In this document: positions 1-8,513 of the stretch, in pieces
How the letters are laid out: every line of letters starts with the position of its first letter
Position numbering within the stretch: position 1 is the stretch's first letter
Source of the DNA: Wolbachia endosymbiont of Litomosoides sigmodontis
Lineage (GTDB): Bacteria > Pseudomonadota > Alphaproteobacteria > Rickettsiales > Anaplasmataceae
Direction: 5' to 3'
Assembly: GCF_013365435.1 (NCBI RefSeq)
Contig: NZ_CP046577.1
Span: forward strand, 510,001 to 542,000
Length of the DNA stretch: 32,000 nt
Translations under genes and position numbers: made by a program
Notes under the pieces: generated by a model
Told to the model about the DNA's origin: nothing
The model's input: the letters and a program-made list of their open reading frames with translations, nothing else
The model's database searches: none

Positions 1-2
1 GG

Positions 3-959
3 GGACAAGCATTAATCTATCCTTCTGGATTGTTTGCACTAACTTTTACCATTCTGACTTTTGCTAGAGCAGGTTCGCATATTTTAATTCAAGATAATAG
101 CTATTATCGACTTAAGAGGTTTGCTAAAAATGAGCTACCGAAAAGAGGAGTAGAGGTAACTTTCTATGATCCAACACAGGGTATAGCTAGTTTGATTCAG
201 AGTAATACTGAATTAATAATGATTGAGACTCCTGGTTCTATAACGTTTGAGATTTCAAATATAGAACATATAGTGAAAGTTGCTAAGGAGCATAAAATTT
301 TGACCGTTTGCGATAATTCGTGGGCTACTCCTTTGTTATTCAGGCCACTTGATTATGGTATTGATGTTGCATTGTATGGGGTTACGAAGTATATAGCCGG
401 TCACTCAGATTTATTAATGGGAGCCATTATTGCTGAAGGTGAGGTTTTTAAATTGCTCTATAAAAACTGCAGGAATTATGGAGTTACTGTGCAACCATAC
501 GACTGTTACCTTGCACATCGAGGGCTAAGAACACTGCACATACGCATGAGGAAGCATCAAAGTACAGCAATGAAAGCAGCAAAGTGGTTAGAAAAGCATT
601 CAAAAGTAAAAAAAGTCTTATATCCAGCACTTCCTTCCCACCCTCAACATGAATTATGGAAGAGTTACTTCAAAGGAGCAAGCGGCGTATTTAGTATAGT
701 ACTGGATAGAGAATATTCATGTGAGGAACTAAGCTATATGGTTGATCATATGAAAATTTTTAATATCGGTGCTTCTTGGGGAGGGTGTGATAGTTTGATA
801 TTACCAATAGATCGTAAATCTGTGTTAAGATCTGTAATGAATTCAGATTATAGTGGAAGTTTCGTGCGAATATTTTGTGGGCTAGAAGATCCTGAAGATT
901 TAATTTCTGATTTGAATGCTGCATTAGCAAGGTTGTCATGTTTTGGGCTTTCAAGCTGA
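3..959 (+). CDS. metC: Cys/Met-metabolism PLP-dependent enzyme, cystathionine beta-lyase-like (5' end lies outside the window)
   Basis: The frame is open from the window edge to TGA at 957-959. The PLP-lysine context 'GVTKYIAGHSDLLMG' and the C-terminal 'RIFCGLEDPEDLISDL' are typical of MetC/MetB-type enzymes. Confidence 0.75.
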   Translation, partial: GQALIYPSGLFALTFTILTFARAGSHILIQDNSYYRLKRFAKNELPKRGVEVTFYDPTQGIASLIQSNTELIMIETPGSITFEISNIEHIVKVAKEHKILTVCDNSWATPLLFRPLDYGIDVALYGVTKYIAGHSDLLMGAIIAEGEVFKLLYKNCRNYGVTVQPYDCYLAHRGLRTLHIRMRKHQSTAMKAAKWLEKHSKVKKVLYPALPSHPQHELWKSYFKGASGVFSIVLDREYSCEELSYMVDHMKIFNIGASWGGCDSLILPIDRKSVLRSVMNSDYSGSFVRIFCGLEDPEDLISDLNAALARLSCFGLSS

Positions 960-970
960 TGATGTAGGAG

Positions 971-2458
971 ATGATACTGAGAGCATTGCTGCATGATATT
1001 GGTAGTTTTCCTGTTATCCAAGTGTCAAGCACTGGGGTTCAGCAATTAGCGTTACACACTGGAACAATACTAGACAACTGCACTATTGATTTTAACCTTG
1101 AGGTTAAGGGTGTTACGTGTAACCCGAAGAAAGTTAAAGATGGTTATCTCTTTGTTTGTGTATCGGAAGAAGGTGAAAGATATGTAAGTATTGTAAAAGC
1201 TTCAGTAATAATAGCGAGTTTAAATGCAGTTCCAGCACATGGCGCTGAGATCTGTATCTTTTACCCCAATCCTCTAGCCATATATGGCAAAATAGTTAGC
1301 AGATTTTATCAATTTAAGCAGCTCAAATATGTTACTGCTGTAACAGGTACAAATGGTAAGACTTCAGTGGTGGAGTTTTGCCGTCAAATCTGGCAAAATG
1401 CAGGTTATAATGCAGCATCTGTGGGAACACTTGGAACATGTGTTAATAATGAAAGGGAAGATAATAACAACAGCCTTACTACTCCAGATGCAAATGATCT
1501 CTATTTCATATTGCGTGATGTGAATAGCAAAAATATAGAACACTTAGCATTAGAGGCTTCGAGTCATGGAATTGATCAGTATAGAATTCATGGATTAAAA
1601 TTAAATGCTGCAGCTTTTACTAATTTCTCACAAGATCATTTGGATTATCATAAAGACGTAAGTAAATATTTCGAAGCTAAGAAAAGGTTATTTTACGAGG
1701 TACTGCCAGAAGGAAAAACGGCAGTATTAAATTCGGATATAGATGAATATTACGCATTACTCAAGATAGCTAAAAAACGTGGCAACAAAGTTATAGCATA
1801 TGGAAAAATAGGATCTGACATTACTTTATTAAGACAGATTCCCACTTTTGATGGTCAGCATCTTATAATTAGAATTGGTAATGAAGTTTACAGTATGTTT
1901 TTTCCAGTTTTAGGGCAGTTTCAGGCGTATAATTTGCTGTGTGCAATAGGTATAGTTATTGCATCTAAGTTAGATTATCGTAAGATATGTATAAATAAAC
2001 TCGTTTCTTTACCTGGAAGAATAGAAAAGGTAAAACCTTTTGCATTTGTAGATTACGCACATACTCCAAGTGCTCTTAAACAAACTCTATTATCTTTAAA
2101 GTGGCATTTCAATAAAAAAATAGTTCTGGTTTTTGGTTGTGGTGGGAATCGCGATCAGGCAAAACGTGCAGAGATGGGTAAAATAGCGAAGGTGTATGCA
2201 GACAGAGTAATAGTTACAGATGATAATCCGCGTGATGAAGATCCAGCAAAAATTCGTCACGATATTTTGCTATGTTGCTCTGATGCACTAGAGGTAAGGG
2301 ATAGGAGAAAAGCTATAAAGAAAGGTATAAATATTGCCTATGATAAAAATATGATCCTGCTTGTTGCAGGAAAGGGACATGAAAAATTTCAAATTATAGA
2401 AAACAAAACTTTTGAATTTAGTGATGTTGAGATTATTAAAAATCACATTTTAATATGA
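971..2458 (+). CDS. murE: UDP-N-acetylmuramoyl-L-alanyl-D-glutamate--2,6-diaminopimelate ligase
   Basis: 495-aa ORF with the Mur ligase P-loop 'GTNGKTS', 'DYAHTP', and the mDAP-specific 'DDNPRDEDP' (DNPR) motif. There is no alternative ATG/GTG/TTG start between 971 and the conserved N-terminal domain. Confidence 0.9.
   Translation: MILRALLHDIGSFPVIQVSSTGVQQLALHTGTILDNCTIDFNLEVKGVTCNPKKVKDGYLFVCVSEEGERYVSIVKASVIIASLNAVPAHGAEICIFYPNPLAIYGKIVSRFYQFKQLKYVTAVTGTNGKTSVVEFCRQIWQNAGYNAASVGTLGTCVNNEREDNNNSLTTPDANDLYFILRDVNSKNIEHLALEASSHGIDQYRIHGLKLNAAAFTNFSQDHLDYHKDVSKYFEAKKRLFYEVLPEGKTAVLNSDIDEYYALLKIAKKRGNKVIAYGKIGSDITLLRQIPTFDGQHLIIRIGNEVYSMFFPVLGQFQAYNLLCAIGIVIASKLDYRKICINKLVSLPGRIEKVKPFAFVDYAHTPSALKQTLLSLKWHFNKKIVLVFGCGGNRDQAKRAEMGKIAKVYADRVIVTDDNPRDEDPAKIRHDILLCCSDALEVRDRRKAIKKGINIAYDKNMILLVAGKGHEKFQIIENKTFEFSDVEIIKNHILI
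1013..1040. repeat. Short palindromic motif (Wolbachia-type 'agtgtcaagcactgg' hairpin) inside the murE 5' coding region
   Basis: 'gttatccaagtgtcaagcactggggttc': stem ccaagtg/cactggg with loop tcaag. The 13-mer aagtgtcaagcac recurs exactly at 15806-15818. The 11-mer gttatccaagt recurs exactly at 26659-26669, inside the rluC insertion. Confidence 0.7.
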
Positions 2459-2491
2459 AGCTGTAATCCAGAAAAAAGTGGAGAGACCTTG

Positions 2492-2641
2492 GTAGACGAT
2501 AACTGAAGTAAGTAGGATAGCCAGGTTTAAGTGGACATTAAAAAGTGCAGAATAACATATATGTTGCGAATAAAAAGGAGCAAATCGTTCCCTCTTACAG
2601 TAGGAGTTAGTATAAGATAAAAGAAGAGTCATCGGGAAGAA
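2492..2641 (+). repeat. MITE-like intergenic repeat, copy A (partial termini)
   Basis: 'ctgaagtaagtaggatagccaggtttaagtggacatt...agtgcagaataacatatatgttgcgaataaaa' aligns with 4651-4735 at roughly 85% identity with one ~11-bp indel. The 70-aa ORF at 2450-2662(-) lies on this repeat. Confidence 0.65.
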
Positions 2642-2681
2642 AATGGAAATCTTTAAGCACAATTTTTGTATATTATAAATT

Positions 2682-3971
2682 TTATGTGTAATGCTCTTTT
2701 ACATAATCATCGATAATTACCTTAAATTCTTCAAAGATATTATTACCCTGTAGAGTTTTAAAATACTTTCCATCTTTATAAACCGCTGAAATTAGTTTTT
2801 CTCCATATCCATGTAAGCTAATTCCCAAATTAGCATGTTTACTTTCTCCAGGCCCGTTTACGATGCAACCCATGACAGCGATATTCATGTGCTCTACACC
2901 TGGATCTTTTTTCTTCCATATTGGCATACGAATTTTTATATAATCATTTACTTCTTCAGTTAATATTCGAAAACGATCATTATTCGTACGTCCACAACCA
3001 GGACACGAATTAACCTGAGGATTAAAGTGACGTAAGCCTATAGACTGCAGTATTTCTTGGCACACTGTTACTTCATTGATTCGTGATTCGCCAGGACGTT
3101 GAGTTAAAGAAGCCCGTATCGTATCTCCAATGCCATTTTGCAATAAGTAAGTAAGCCCTGCTGTGGTATTTATTATGCCTTTGCTACCCATACCGGCTTC
3201 AGTTAAACCTAAATGCAAGGCGTAATTGGAAGATTTTGCAAGAGCCGTATAAACTGAAATTAAATCTTGTACTCTACTGACTTTACACGAAATAACTATT
3301 TTATCTGAACTGAGGCCAATTTTTTCAGCTTTTTGTGCACTATTAAGTGCTGACATTACAAGTGCCTTGCGCAATATAACATTAGAAGATTTTGGATTAC
3401 TGGATAAAGAGTTCTCATCCATCAATTTTTGTAAGAGGTATTTATCAAGACTACCCCAATTCACCCCAATCCTAACTGGGATATTGTGCATTATTGTATA
3501 CTCTATAACCCTTTCAAATTTTTTATCACGTTTATCGCCAAAGCCTATATTGCCTGGATTGATTCTAATCTTACCTAATATTTTGATGTTGTCTGGATAA
3601 TCTCGAACTAACTTATCTAGCTCATACTGTCCACAGCCCACCAACATCTTACCATCAAAGCCTTCTTTATTTATCTCTTCTACTATATAAGGTACTGCTT
3701 TTGCTACTTCTTCTGAATTTAAAGCAATCCGCACCAGCTCTGAACCTGAATGTGCTAGTTCTATTATTTCTTTTGCATATTGCTTAGCACTGCTTTTTAT
3801 ATCATCAGAACCTATGTGTACACCAAGTGCCATAGATTGTATAACTATAGGATTATTTCCACCTATCTTTACTTGCCCGACTTTTACAACATAAGTTTTA
3901 TGCCTAGGAGAAGGTAATAATTCAAATACTTCATTACCAAAATTATGATCTACTAGATCTCTACTTAACAT
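2682..3971 (-). CDS. ispG: 4-hydroxy-3-methylbut-2-en-1-yl diphosphate synthase (MEP pathway)
   Basis: 429-aa ORF with Fe-S cysteine motifs 'NSCPGCGRT' and '[19 protein letters not shown]', and TIM-barrel N-terminal region '[14 protein letters not shown]'. Confidence 0.92.
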   Translation of the reverse strand: MLSRDLVDHNFGNEVFELLPSPRHKTYVVKVGQVKIGGNNPIVIQSMALGVHIGSDDIKSSAKQYAKEIIELAHSGSELVRIALNSEEVAKAVPYIVEEINKEGFDGKMLVGCGQYELDKLVRDYPDNIKILGKIRINPGNIGFGDKRDKKFERVIEYTIMHNIPVRIGVNWGSLDKYLLQKLMDENSLSSNPKSSNVILRKALVMSALNSAQKAEKIGLSSDKIVISCKVSRVQDLISVYTALAKSSNYALHLGLTEAGMGSKGIINTTAGLTYLLQNGIGDTIRASLTQRPGESRINEVTVCQEILQSIGLRHFNPQVNSCPGCGRTNNDRFRILTEEVNDYIKIRMPIWKKKDPGVEHMNIAVMGCIVNGPGESKHANLGISLHGYGEKLISAVYKDGKYFKTLQGNNIFEEFKVIIDDYVKEHYT

Positions 3972-3974
3972 ATT

Positions 3975-4538
3975 TTAATCAGCGATACTTCCAAGTAAGT
4001 CAGAGTCCTTTGAACTAGCGTTATTTAAGTTGGCAATGGAATCATGTGAACAAATTCTTTTTGATGTAGTATTTTTTGTAGTAACATTTATAGGAGAAAC
4101 TTTTCTCTCCTGCGTTGAAGTGACTTTTTTTCCTTCTTGTTGTTCACTTTCATATTGCTCCTCATCCTTACGTTGAGAAATTGGTCCTTGGTCTATGAAT
4201 ACGGCACCCTTTAAACGCGCAATATTGATGCCATGTTGATTTACCATAGCATCCTCTTTTTTTTCTTTTAGCTTCTTGGCCAGGGTTTCTTTATTTATGT
4301 TAATATTAGTTCGAACCTGTGACTTTTTTTTCTTCAAGAGTTCCCTACGCTTTTCATATAGTTTATATGACTCAGCAAAATCCTCATCTTCATGAAAGTT
4401 TACACCACCAGGATTACCAGGAGGTATATATTTTTTACTAAACTTTATTTTAGGTTTAGCTTCAGCATCTTGCACAACAAAAAAGCTGAAAAACAAAAAC
4501 GCCAGTGTAGATAAAACTCCAAAAAAAAATCTAAGCAT
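3975..4538 (-). CDS. Hypothetical exported protein, Lys/Glu-rich, low complexity
   Basis: 187-aa ORF with an N-terminal signal-like segment 'MLRFFFGVLSTLAFLFFSFFVVQDAEA' followed by a highly charged sequence. It ends 3 nt upstream of the ispG start, so it is probably co-transcribed. I recognise no family. Confidence 0.55.
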   Translation of the reverse strand: MLRFFFGVLSTLAFLFFSFFVVQDAEAKPKIKFSKKYIPPGNPGGVNFHEDEDFAESYKLYEKRRELLKKKKSQVRTNININKETLAKKLKEKKEDAMVNQHGINIARLKGAVFIDQGPISQRKDEEQYESEQQEGKKVTSTQERKVSPINVTTKNTTSKRICSHDSIANLNNASSKDSDLLGSIAD

Positions 4539-4622
4539 ATAGTGCTATAGTAAATATTTACTTTTAAAGAATAGCAATTAACTTACTTTTAGTAAACCAG
4601 AATCTTTACTAACTTTATAATG

Positions 4623-4793
4623 AATAGACAATAATAGAAGAGAAGCCATACTGAAGTAAGTAAAATAGCGAAGTTTAAATGGAGCATTGAAATCAAAATT
4701 AAGTGCAGAATAACATATTATGTTGCAAATAAAACTAAATGGCTGTTCAAAAATAGCACTAACTGCATGGCTTCTTTTCTATTATTATCTATC
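4623..4793 (+). repeat. MITE-like repeat, copy B (complete, with ~26-bp terminal inverted repeats)
   Basis: Left end 'aatagacaataatagaagagaagccat' (4623-4649) and right end 'atggcttcttttctattattatctat' (4767-4792) are reverse complements at about 24/26 positions. The core 'ctgaagtaagtaaaatagcgaagtttaaatggagcattgaaatcaaaatt' is shared with copies A, C and D and with the IS 5' region at 25720-25765. Confidence 0.75.
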
Positions 4794-4930
4794 TGTTCCT
4801 TAAATATTATTTTCCTTCCGTTATCTACAATGAAACTCTCTAACCTTTAACTAATTGTACGAGTAAATTAAAAAAGAAACTTGAGCGCTTGTCTGTAATA
4901 CAGTATAGTAATTACTCTGAGCAGTATAGT

Positions 4931-6286
4931 ATGGATAATACCATTATAAGAAAATACGATATTAGGGGTATAGTAGGTAAAGATCTGCAGATTAGTGATG
5001 GATACGAAATAGGCAGAAAGTTTGGCCAGACCGTAGCTAGTGTTTGTGTAGGCTATGATAGTAGAATAGATTCACCAAGTATAGAAAAAGAGTTAACTAA
5101 GGGCTTGATTCTATCCGGAGCAAATGTCATACGCATTGGACTATGCTCTTCACCTATGCTCTGTGCTGCAACTCAAATCACACAGGCAGATCTTGGCATT
5201 ATAATAACTGCCTCCCACAACCCAAGCGGGTATAATGGCTTTAAATTTTTCAGTAGTGAAAAAGTTTACTCAGATCAAGAAACACAGGAAATTATAAGTA
5301 GTAAGGTTAAAAACAGCACAAAAATTGGAAGCTTAATTAACATAAATATATATAGTCAATATATTTACATATTAAAAAGTGCACTAAAGAACAATTCTAC
5401 ACGAAAATTAAAGATAGCCTGGGATTGTGCAAATAGCCCTGCAAGTGGAATCTTAAGGTATATTGAAACGTTCTTGCCAGGTCATACGCATATCATAATC
5501 AATAATTCTATAGATGGAGCATTTCCATCACATAACCCAGATCCCGTAGAAGAAAAAAATCTTGCTCAACTTATTGATATTGTAAAGCAAGATAAATGTG
5601 ATCTAGGCATTGCACTTGATGGTGATAGTGATAGGGTGCGTTTGATTGATGATAAGGGCAGTATTGTTTCCAATGATCATTTATTTATGATTTTTGTACG
5701 TGAAGTATTAGAGGAATATCCGCGTAGCAAAGTTATTGCTAATGTAAAAATGAGTATGAAAGTGTATGATTTTGTTAATAAGTTAGAGGGACAAGTGGTT
5801 ACCTGTGCTACTGGGCACTCACTGGTTAAGAAAAAAATGATAGAGGAAGGAGCAAAATTTGCTGGTGAATTAAGCGGGCATTTTTTCTTTTCTGAGCTAG
5901 GTTTTGATGATGGACTATATTCTGCTATTAAGGCCATTGACACTTTACTTAGACGAAGCCAAAGCTTATCTCAGATGGTTGAGGGTTTACCAAAGCTATA
6001 TATTACCCATGAAGTGAAGATTATGGTTAAAGATGAAAAAAGATTTCAAATAATTGAGTTAATAAAGAAAATACTAGAGCAGCAAAATATTGCATTTTCA
6101 GATCTTGACGGTATTAAGGTAACTGGTAATGATAATAAAGGCTGGTGGCTCCTTAGGGTGTCAAATACACAAAACTGCATTACAGCAAGGTGTGAAGGAG
6201 ATACATTAGAAGATTTTGAACTCACTAAAAAGATCTTGTTCCGTTATATTGATAAAGCAAGGTCTTTAGATTATAACCTTCCATAG
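4931..6286 (+). CDS. Phosphoglucomutase/phosphomannomutase-family sugar-phosphate mutase (possibly acting as phosphoglucosamine mutase)
   Basis: Active-site 'TASHNPSGYNGFKF', Mg-binding 'ALDGDSDRV', and sugar-binding 'GELSGHFFF'. The track starts at TTG 4889; ATG 4931 ('MDNTIIRKYDIRGIVG', the usual family N-terminus) is the more likely start. Confidence 0.85.
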   Translation: MDNTIIRKYDIRGIVGKDLQISDGYEIGRKFGQTVASVCVGYDSRIDSPSIEKELTKGLILSGANVIRIGLCSSPMLCAATQITQADLGIIITASHNPSGYNGFKFFSSEKVYSDQETQEIISSKVKNSTKIGSLININIYSQYIYILKSALKNNSTRKLKIAWDCANSPASGILRYIETFLPGHTHIIINNSIDGAFPSHNPDPVEEKNLAQLIDIVKQDKCDLGIALDGDSDRVRLIDDKGSIVSNDHLFMIFVREVLEEYPRSKVIANVKMSMKVYDFVNKLEGQVVTCATGHSLVKKKMIEEGAKFAGELSGHFFFSELGFDDGLYSAIKAIDTLLRRSQSLSQMVEGLPKLYITHEVKIMVKDEKRFQIIELIKKILEQQNIAFSDLDGIKVTGNDNKGWWLLRVSNTQNCITARCEGDTLEDFELTKKILFRYIDKARSLDYNLP

Positions 6287-6332
6287 AAAAAGTAAAATTA
6301 GATTATATGAATATATGTTTTGAGCAAAAACA

Positions 6333-6513
6333 TTGCGATATTTAAGAACAAGAGAAACTTTTCTTATCAGGCATTGTATTAGTTGGCATAAGTTAAAAAA
6401 TTTGGGGATTTTATGTCCAATTTGTATTACCTCTTCTTTTTCTTACTCACAATCAAACAATTCTACAATGTCACTAAAAATCTGTTTATTTGACCCAATG
6501 ATACTATTAGTAT
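6333..6513 (+). mobile_element. Decayed IS630-family element fragment (3' part, including a degenerate terminal repeat)
   Basis: Aligns by eye with 27675-27870 of the right arm (see 27114-27870): 'atatttaagaacaagagaaacttttcttatcaggcattg...ttagttggcataagttaaaaaattt...caatcaaacaattctacaat...tttgacccaatgatac'. The 60-aa ORF at 6333-6515 is this remnant. Confidence 0.5.
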
Positions 6514-6564
6514 AGCAGTTGAAACTGTTTCATAGACCTACACTCTAAGGAATTCACCACCAAC

Positions 6565-7782
6565 CTAACTATAACACACATAATTAAAGCCATTGCAGCT
6601 TGAGCATTTATAATTCCACTGTTCTAGTTCTTTGTTACAATTCTTACACTTCCAGCACGGATCAGGCAAAGCTTCTGAGCTCATCTTATTCAACCAATGA
6701 ATTGTCTGATCTTGCTCTTGTAGCAGAACTTTGAGCTGTACCATGATGAGATAAATTGACATGTAATTAGCTTTTTTTATAGCAGTATTTAGATATTGAC
6801 TTGCAAGATCATATTTACCTGAATTAATTGAGGACGAAGCAAGTAAACAATAACTAAAATAATAATCTGGGCGTAAGTTATATAGCCTTTCAGCACCTTC
6901 ACTATTCAAACCGATGTAAACTTTAGCTGATTGAGGAGTAGGATTTGCTATATACTCTGCCTCTAGCACTGCAGAAGCTTTTCTGATCTTCCCAAGAAGA
7001 ATATACAACTCTGCTTTTAAATAATTGATAGGTTGAAAAGTTGCATAATAATCTTGTGCTTTAAATAAAGACTTCATAGCCTCTTTAAAATTTCCCTTGC
7101 TTTTATACTGTTTTGCCAAAGCACAATAAAAAACTGCAAGCATCTTTTTACGATCAAAGGGAAGAAAAATATTAAACTTAATAGCTTCTTTTAATCTAGA
7201 AATTGCATTGATCCAATCTTCTTGTAAAGTACAGCGTTCTATTTGAAAAGGAATAGATAGAATTTTTTCATTAACTGAACTAGAGCAATGCTCTATGAAT
7301 TTTTGAAAGATTTTTCTTTCCTGTTTTAGGTGGGCAATCAGCTTGTTGGCTAGAAGTAGAGCCAAGTTACGATTTTTATTTGCAATATTCGTTAAACCAT
7401 CACTGAAGAAGCTATAATTTCCTGTTTTACCTGAGTTAAAAATCTTTATTAGAGATAATCTATCATTTTTCTCATTTAGACTTTTAACTAGCTTGTGAGC
7501 ATTTTCTATATTATCTAAATCTATGCTAAAAAATGCTTCAAAAAGAAACAATTCTTGTCTATCTCTTTTTCTATTTTTGATATTGGCAAATGTTAACAAA
7601 ATGAAAGAAAAAAAGTGTGCAAGAATAATTAACAAAAACAATAAAACTATACAAGCAAAAATAATGAAATATAGATCAACACTTATAGTATAATTACCTA
7701 ACTCTAACTTTACTGTTTCACCGCTCATCTTGGCGCATATGCCAAATAAGAATGAGAAAGTGAAAACTATAAAATAAATCAT
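6565..7782 (-). CDS. HemY-N-domain/TPR membrane protein with C-terminal zinc ribbon (hemY-like, not a proven heme enzyme)
   Basis: 405 aa with two N-terminal TM segments, TPR-like helical repeats, and the C-terminal 'CWKCKNCNKELEQWNYKCSSCNGF'. Its start overlaps the upstream ORF's stop by 4 nt. Confidence 0.7.
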   Translation of the reverse strand: MIYFIVFTFSFLFGICAKMSGETVKLELGNYTISVDLYFIIFACIVLLFLLIILAHFFSFILLTFANIKNRKRDRQELFLFEAFFSIDLDNIENAHKLVKSLNEKNDRLSLIKIFNSGKTGNYSFFSDGLTNIANKNRNLALLLANKLIAHLKQERKIFQKFIEHCSSSVNEKILSIPFQIERCTLQEDWINAISRLKEAIKFNIFLPFDRKKMLAVFYCALAKQYKSKGNFKEAMKSLFKAQDYYATFQPINYLKAELYILLGKIRKASAVLEAEYIANPTPQSAKVYIGLNSEGAERLYNLRPDYYFSYCLLASSSINSGKYDLASQYLNTAIKKANYMSIYLIMVQLKVLLQEQDQTIHWLNKMSSEALPDPCWKCKNCNKELEQWNYKCSSCNGFNYVCYS

Positions 7783-8513
7783 GAGATATATTGTAATAAG
7801 TGATGGTGTATTATTGAAATATTCTTAGAAGCTAAGATAAAGCTATTCAATTTATTAAGTAAAAGTTTAAATTCTGGGTTTGTTAAACTGCTTACTGCAG
7901 CAGCTGCACTTTGCCAATCATTATTGTTTACTGACTCCTCAATTTCCACGAATTTTGCCTTTAATGGGTCATTTTTATCTCGTATTTTTACCCAATTCGA
8001 AATGATTTTTTGAAAAAATGTGCCTTTATTGTAGTTAATACTAGCAATAGTTTTTTCAAAAGACAAACTCAATTCATGTAAAGTGTCTATCTCTTTCAAA
8101 CCTTCTAATTCATTTACTGCATTCTCTATTTCTGGATCATCAAGTTCTAATATTAAAGATTTTATTGAATTTATATGGTTATCAAATTTTGCTCCTTGCA
8201 ACAAAGAATTCTTCATCTTCACTACAAGCAACAGTAATTTTGCAAGATTCTTATATCTTGCACTACCATTACCTATTTGCTCACATTGAGCGAATAAACT
8301 TCTTTTAAAATCAAATATTTTTTTTTCTATTCTTGATTGATTAACTTCAAGCAACATCCTAAGCTCATTTATGCTCTCCGTCAAGACCTTTATTTTATTC
8401 TCACCCTCTTGTTGATTTACTTTAAAAAAAACTATGTTATTTATTGTAATATAACTAGTAAATAATAATATAATTAAGAACCAGCCTATGCATTTTTGCT
8501 GAGTATTATTCAT
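7779..8513 (-). CDS. Membrane-anchored coiled-coil protein, candidate alphaproteobacterial Mic60/mitofilin-like (HemX-position) protein
   Basis: The preferred start is ATG at 8513 ('MNNTQQKCIGWFLIILLF...'); the track's 8564 start would run 59 nt into lolE. It has an N-terminal TM segment, a central heptad-rich region, and the C-terminal 'WVKIRDKNDPLKAKFVEIEESVNNNDWQSAAAAVSSLTNPEFKLLLNKLNSFILASKNISIIHHHL'. It sits immediately upstream of the hemY-like gene. Confidence 0.6.
   Translation of the reverse strand: MNNTQQKCIGWFLIILLFTSYITINNIVFFKVNQQEGENKIKVLTESINELRMLLEVNQSRIEKKIFDFKRSLFAQCEQIGNGSARYKNLAKLLLLVVKMKNSLLQGAKFDNHINSIKSLILELDDPEIENAVNELEGLKEIDTLHELSLSFEKTIASINYNKGTFFQKIISNWVKIRDKNDPLKAKFVEIEESVNNNDWQSAAAAVSSLTNPEFKLLLNKLNSFILASKNISIIHHHLLQYIS

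Noticed and set aside
2450-2662. 70-aa minus-strand ORF between murE and ispG.
   Set aside because: It sits entirely on MITE-like repeat copy A, overlaps the murE 3' end, and has no protein-like features.
4889-4930. TTG start at 4889 for the PGM/PMM-family gene, as in the ORF track.
   Set aside because: The ATG at 4931 begins 'MDNTIIRKYDIRGIVG', the normal N-terminus for this family. The 14 upstream codons ('SVIQYSNYSEQYS') look like translated spacer.
6333-6515. 60-aa ORF, plus the comparable ORFs at 16031-16231 and 17789-17989, considered as novel small proteins.
   Set aside because: Each aligns at the DNA level with the 3' portion of the IS630-type element, with degenerate 'LPPYSP...'-region remnants. 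They are transposase fossils rather than genes.
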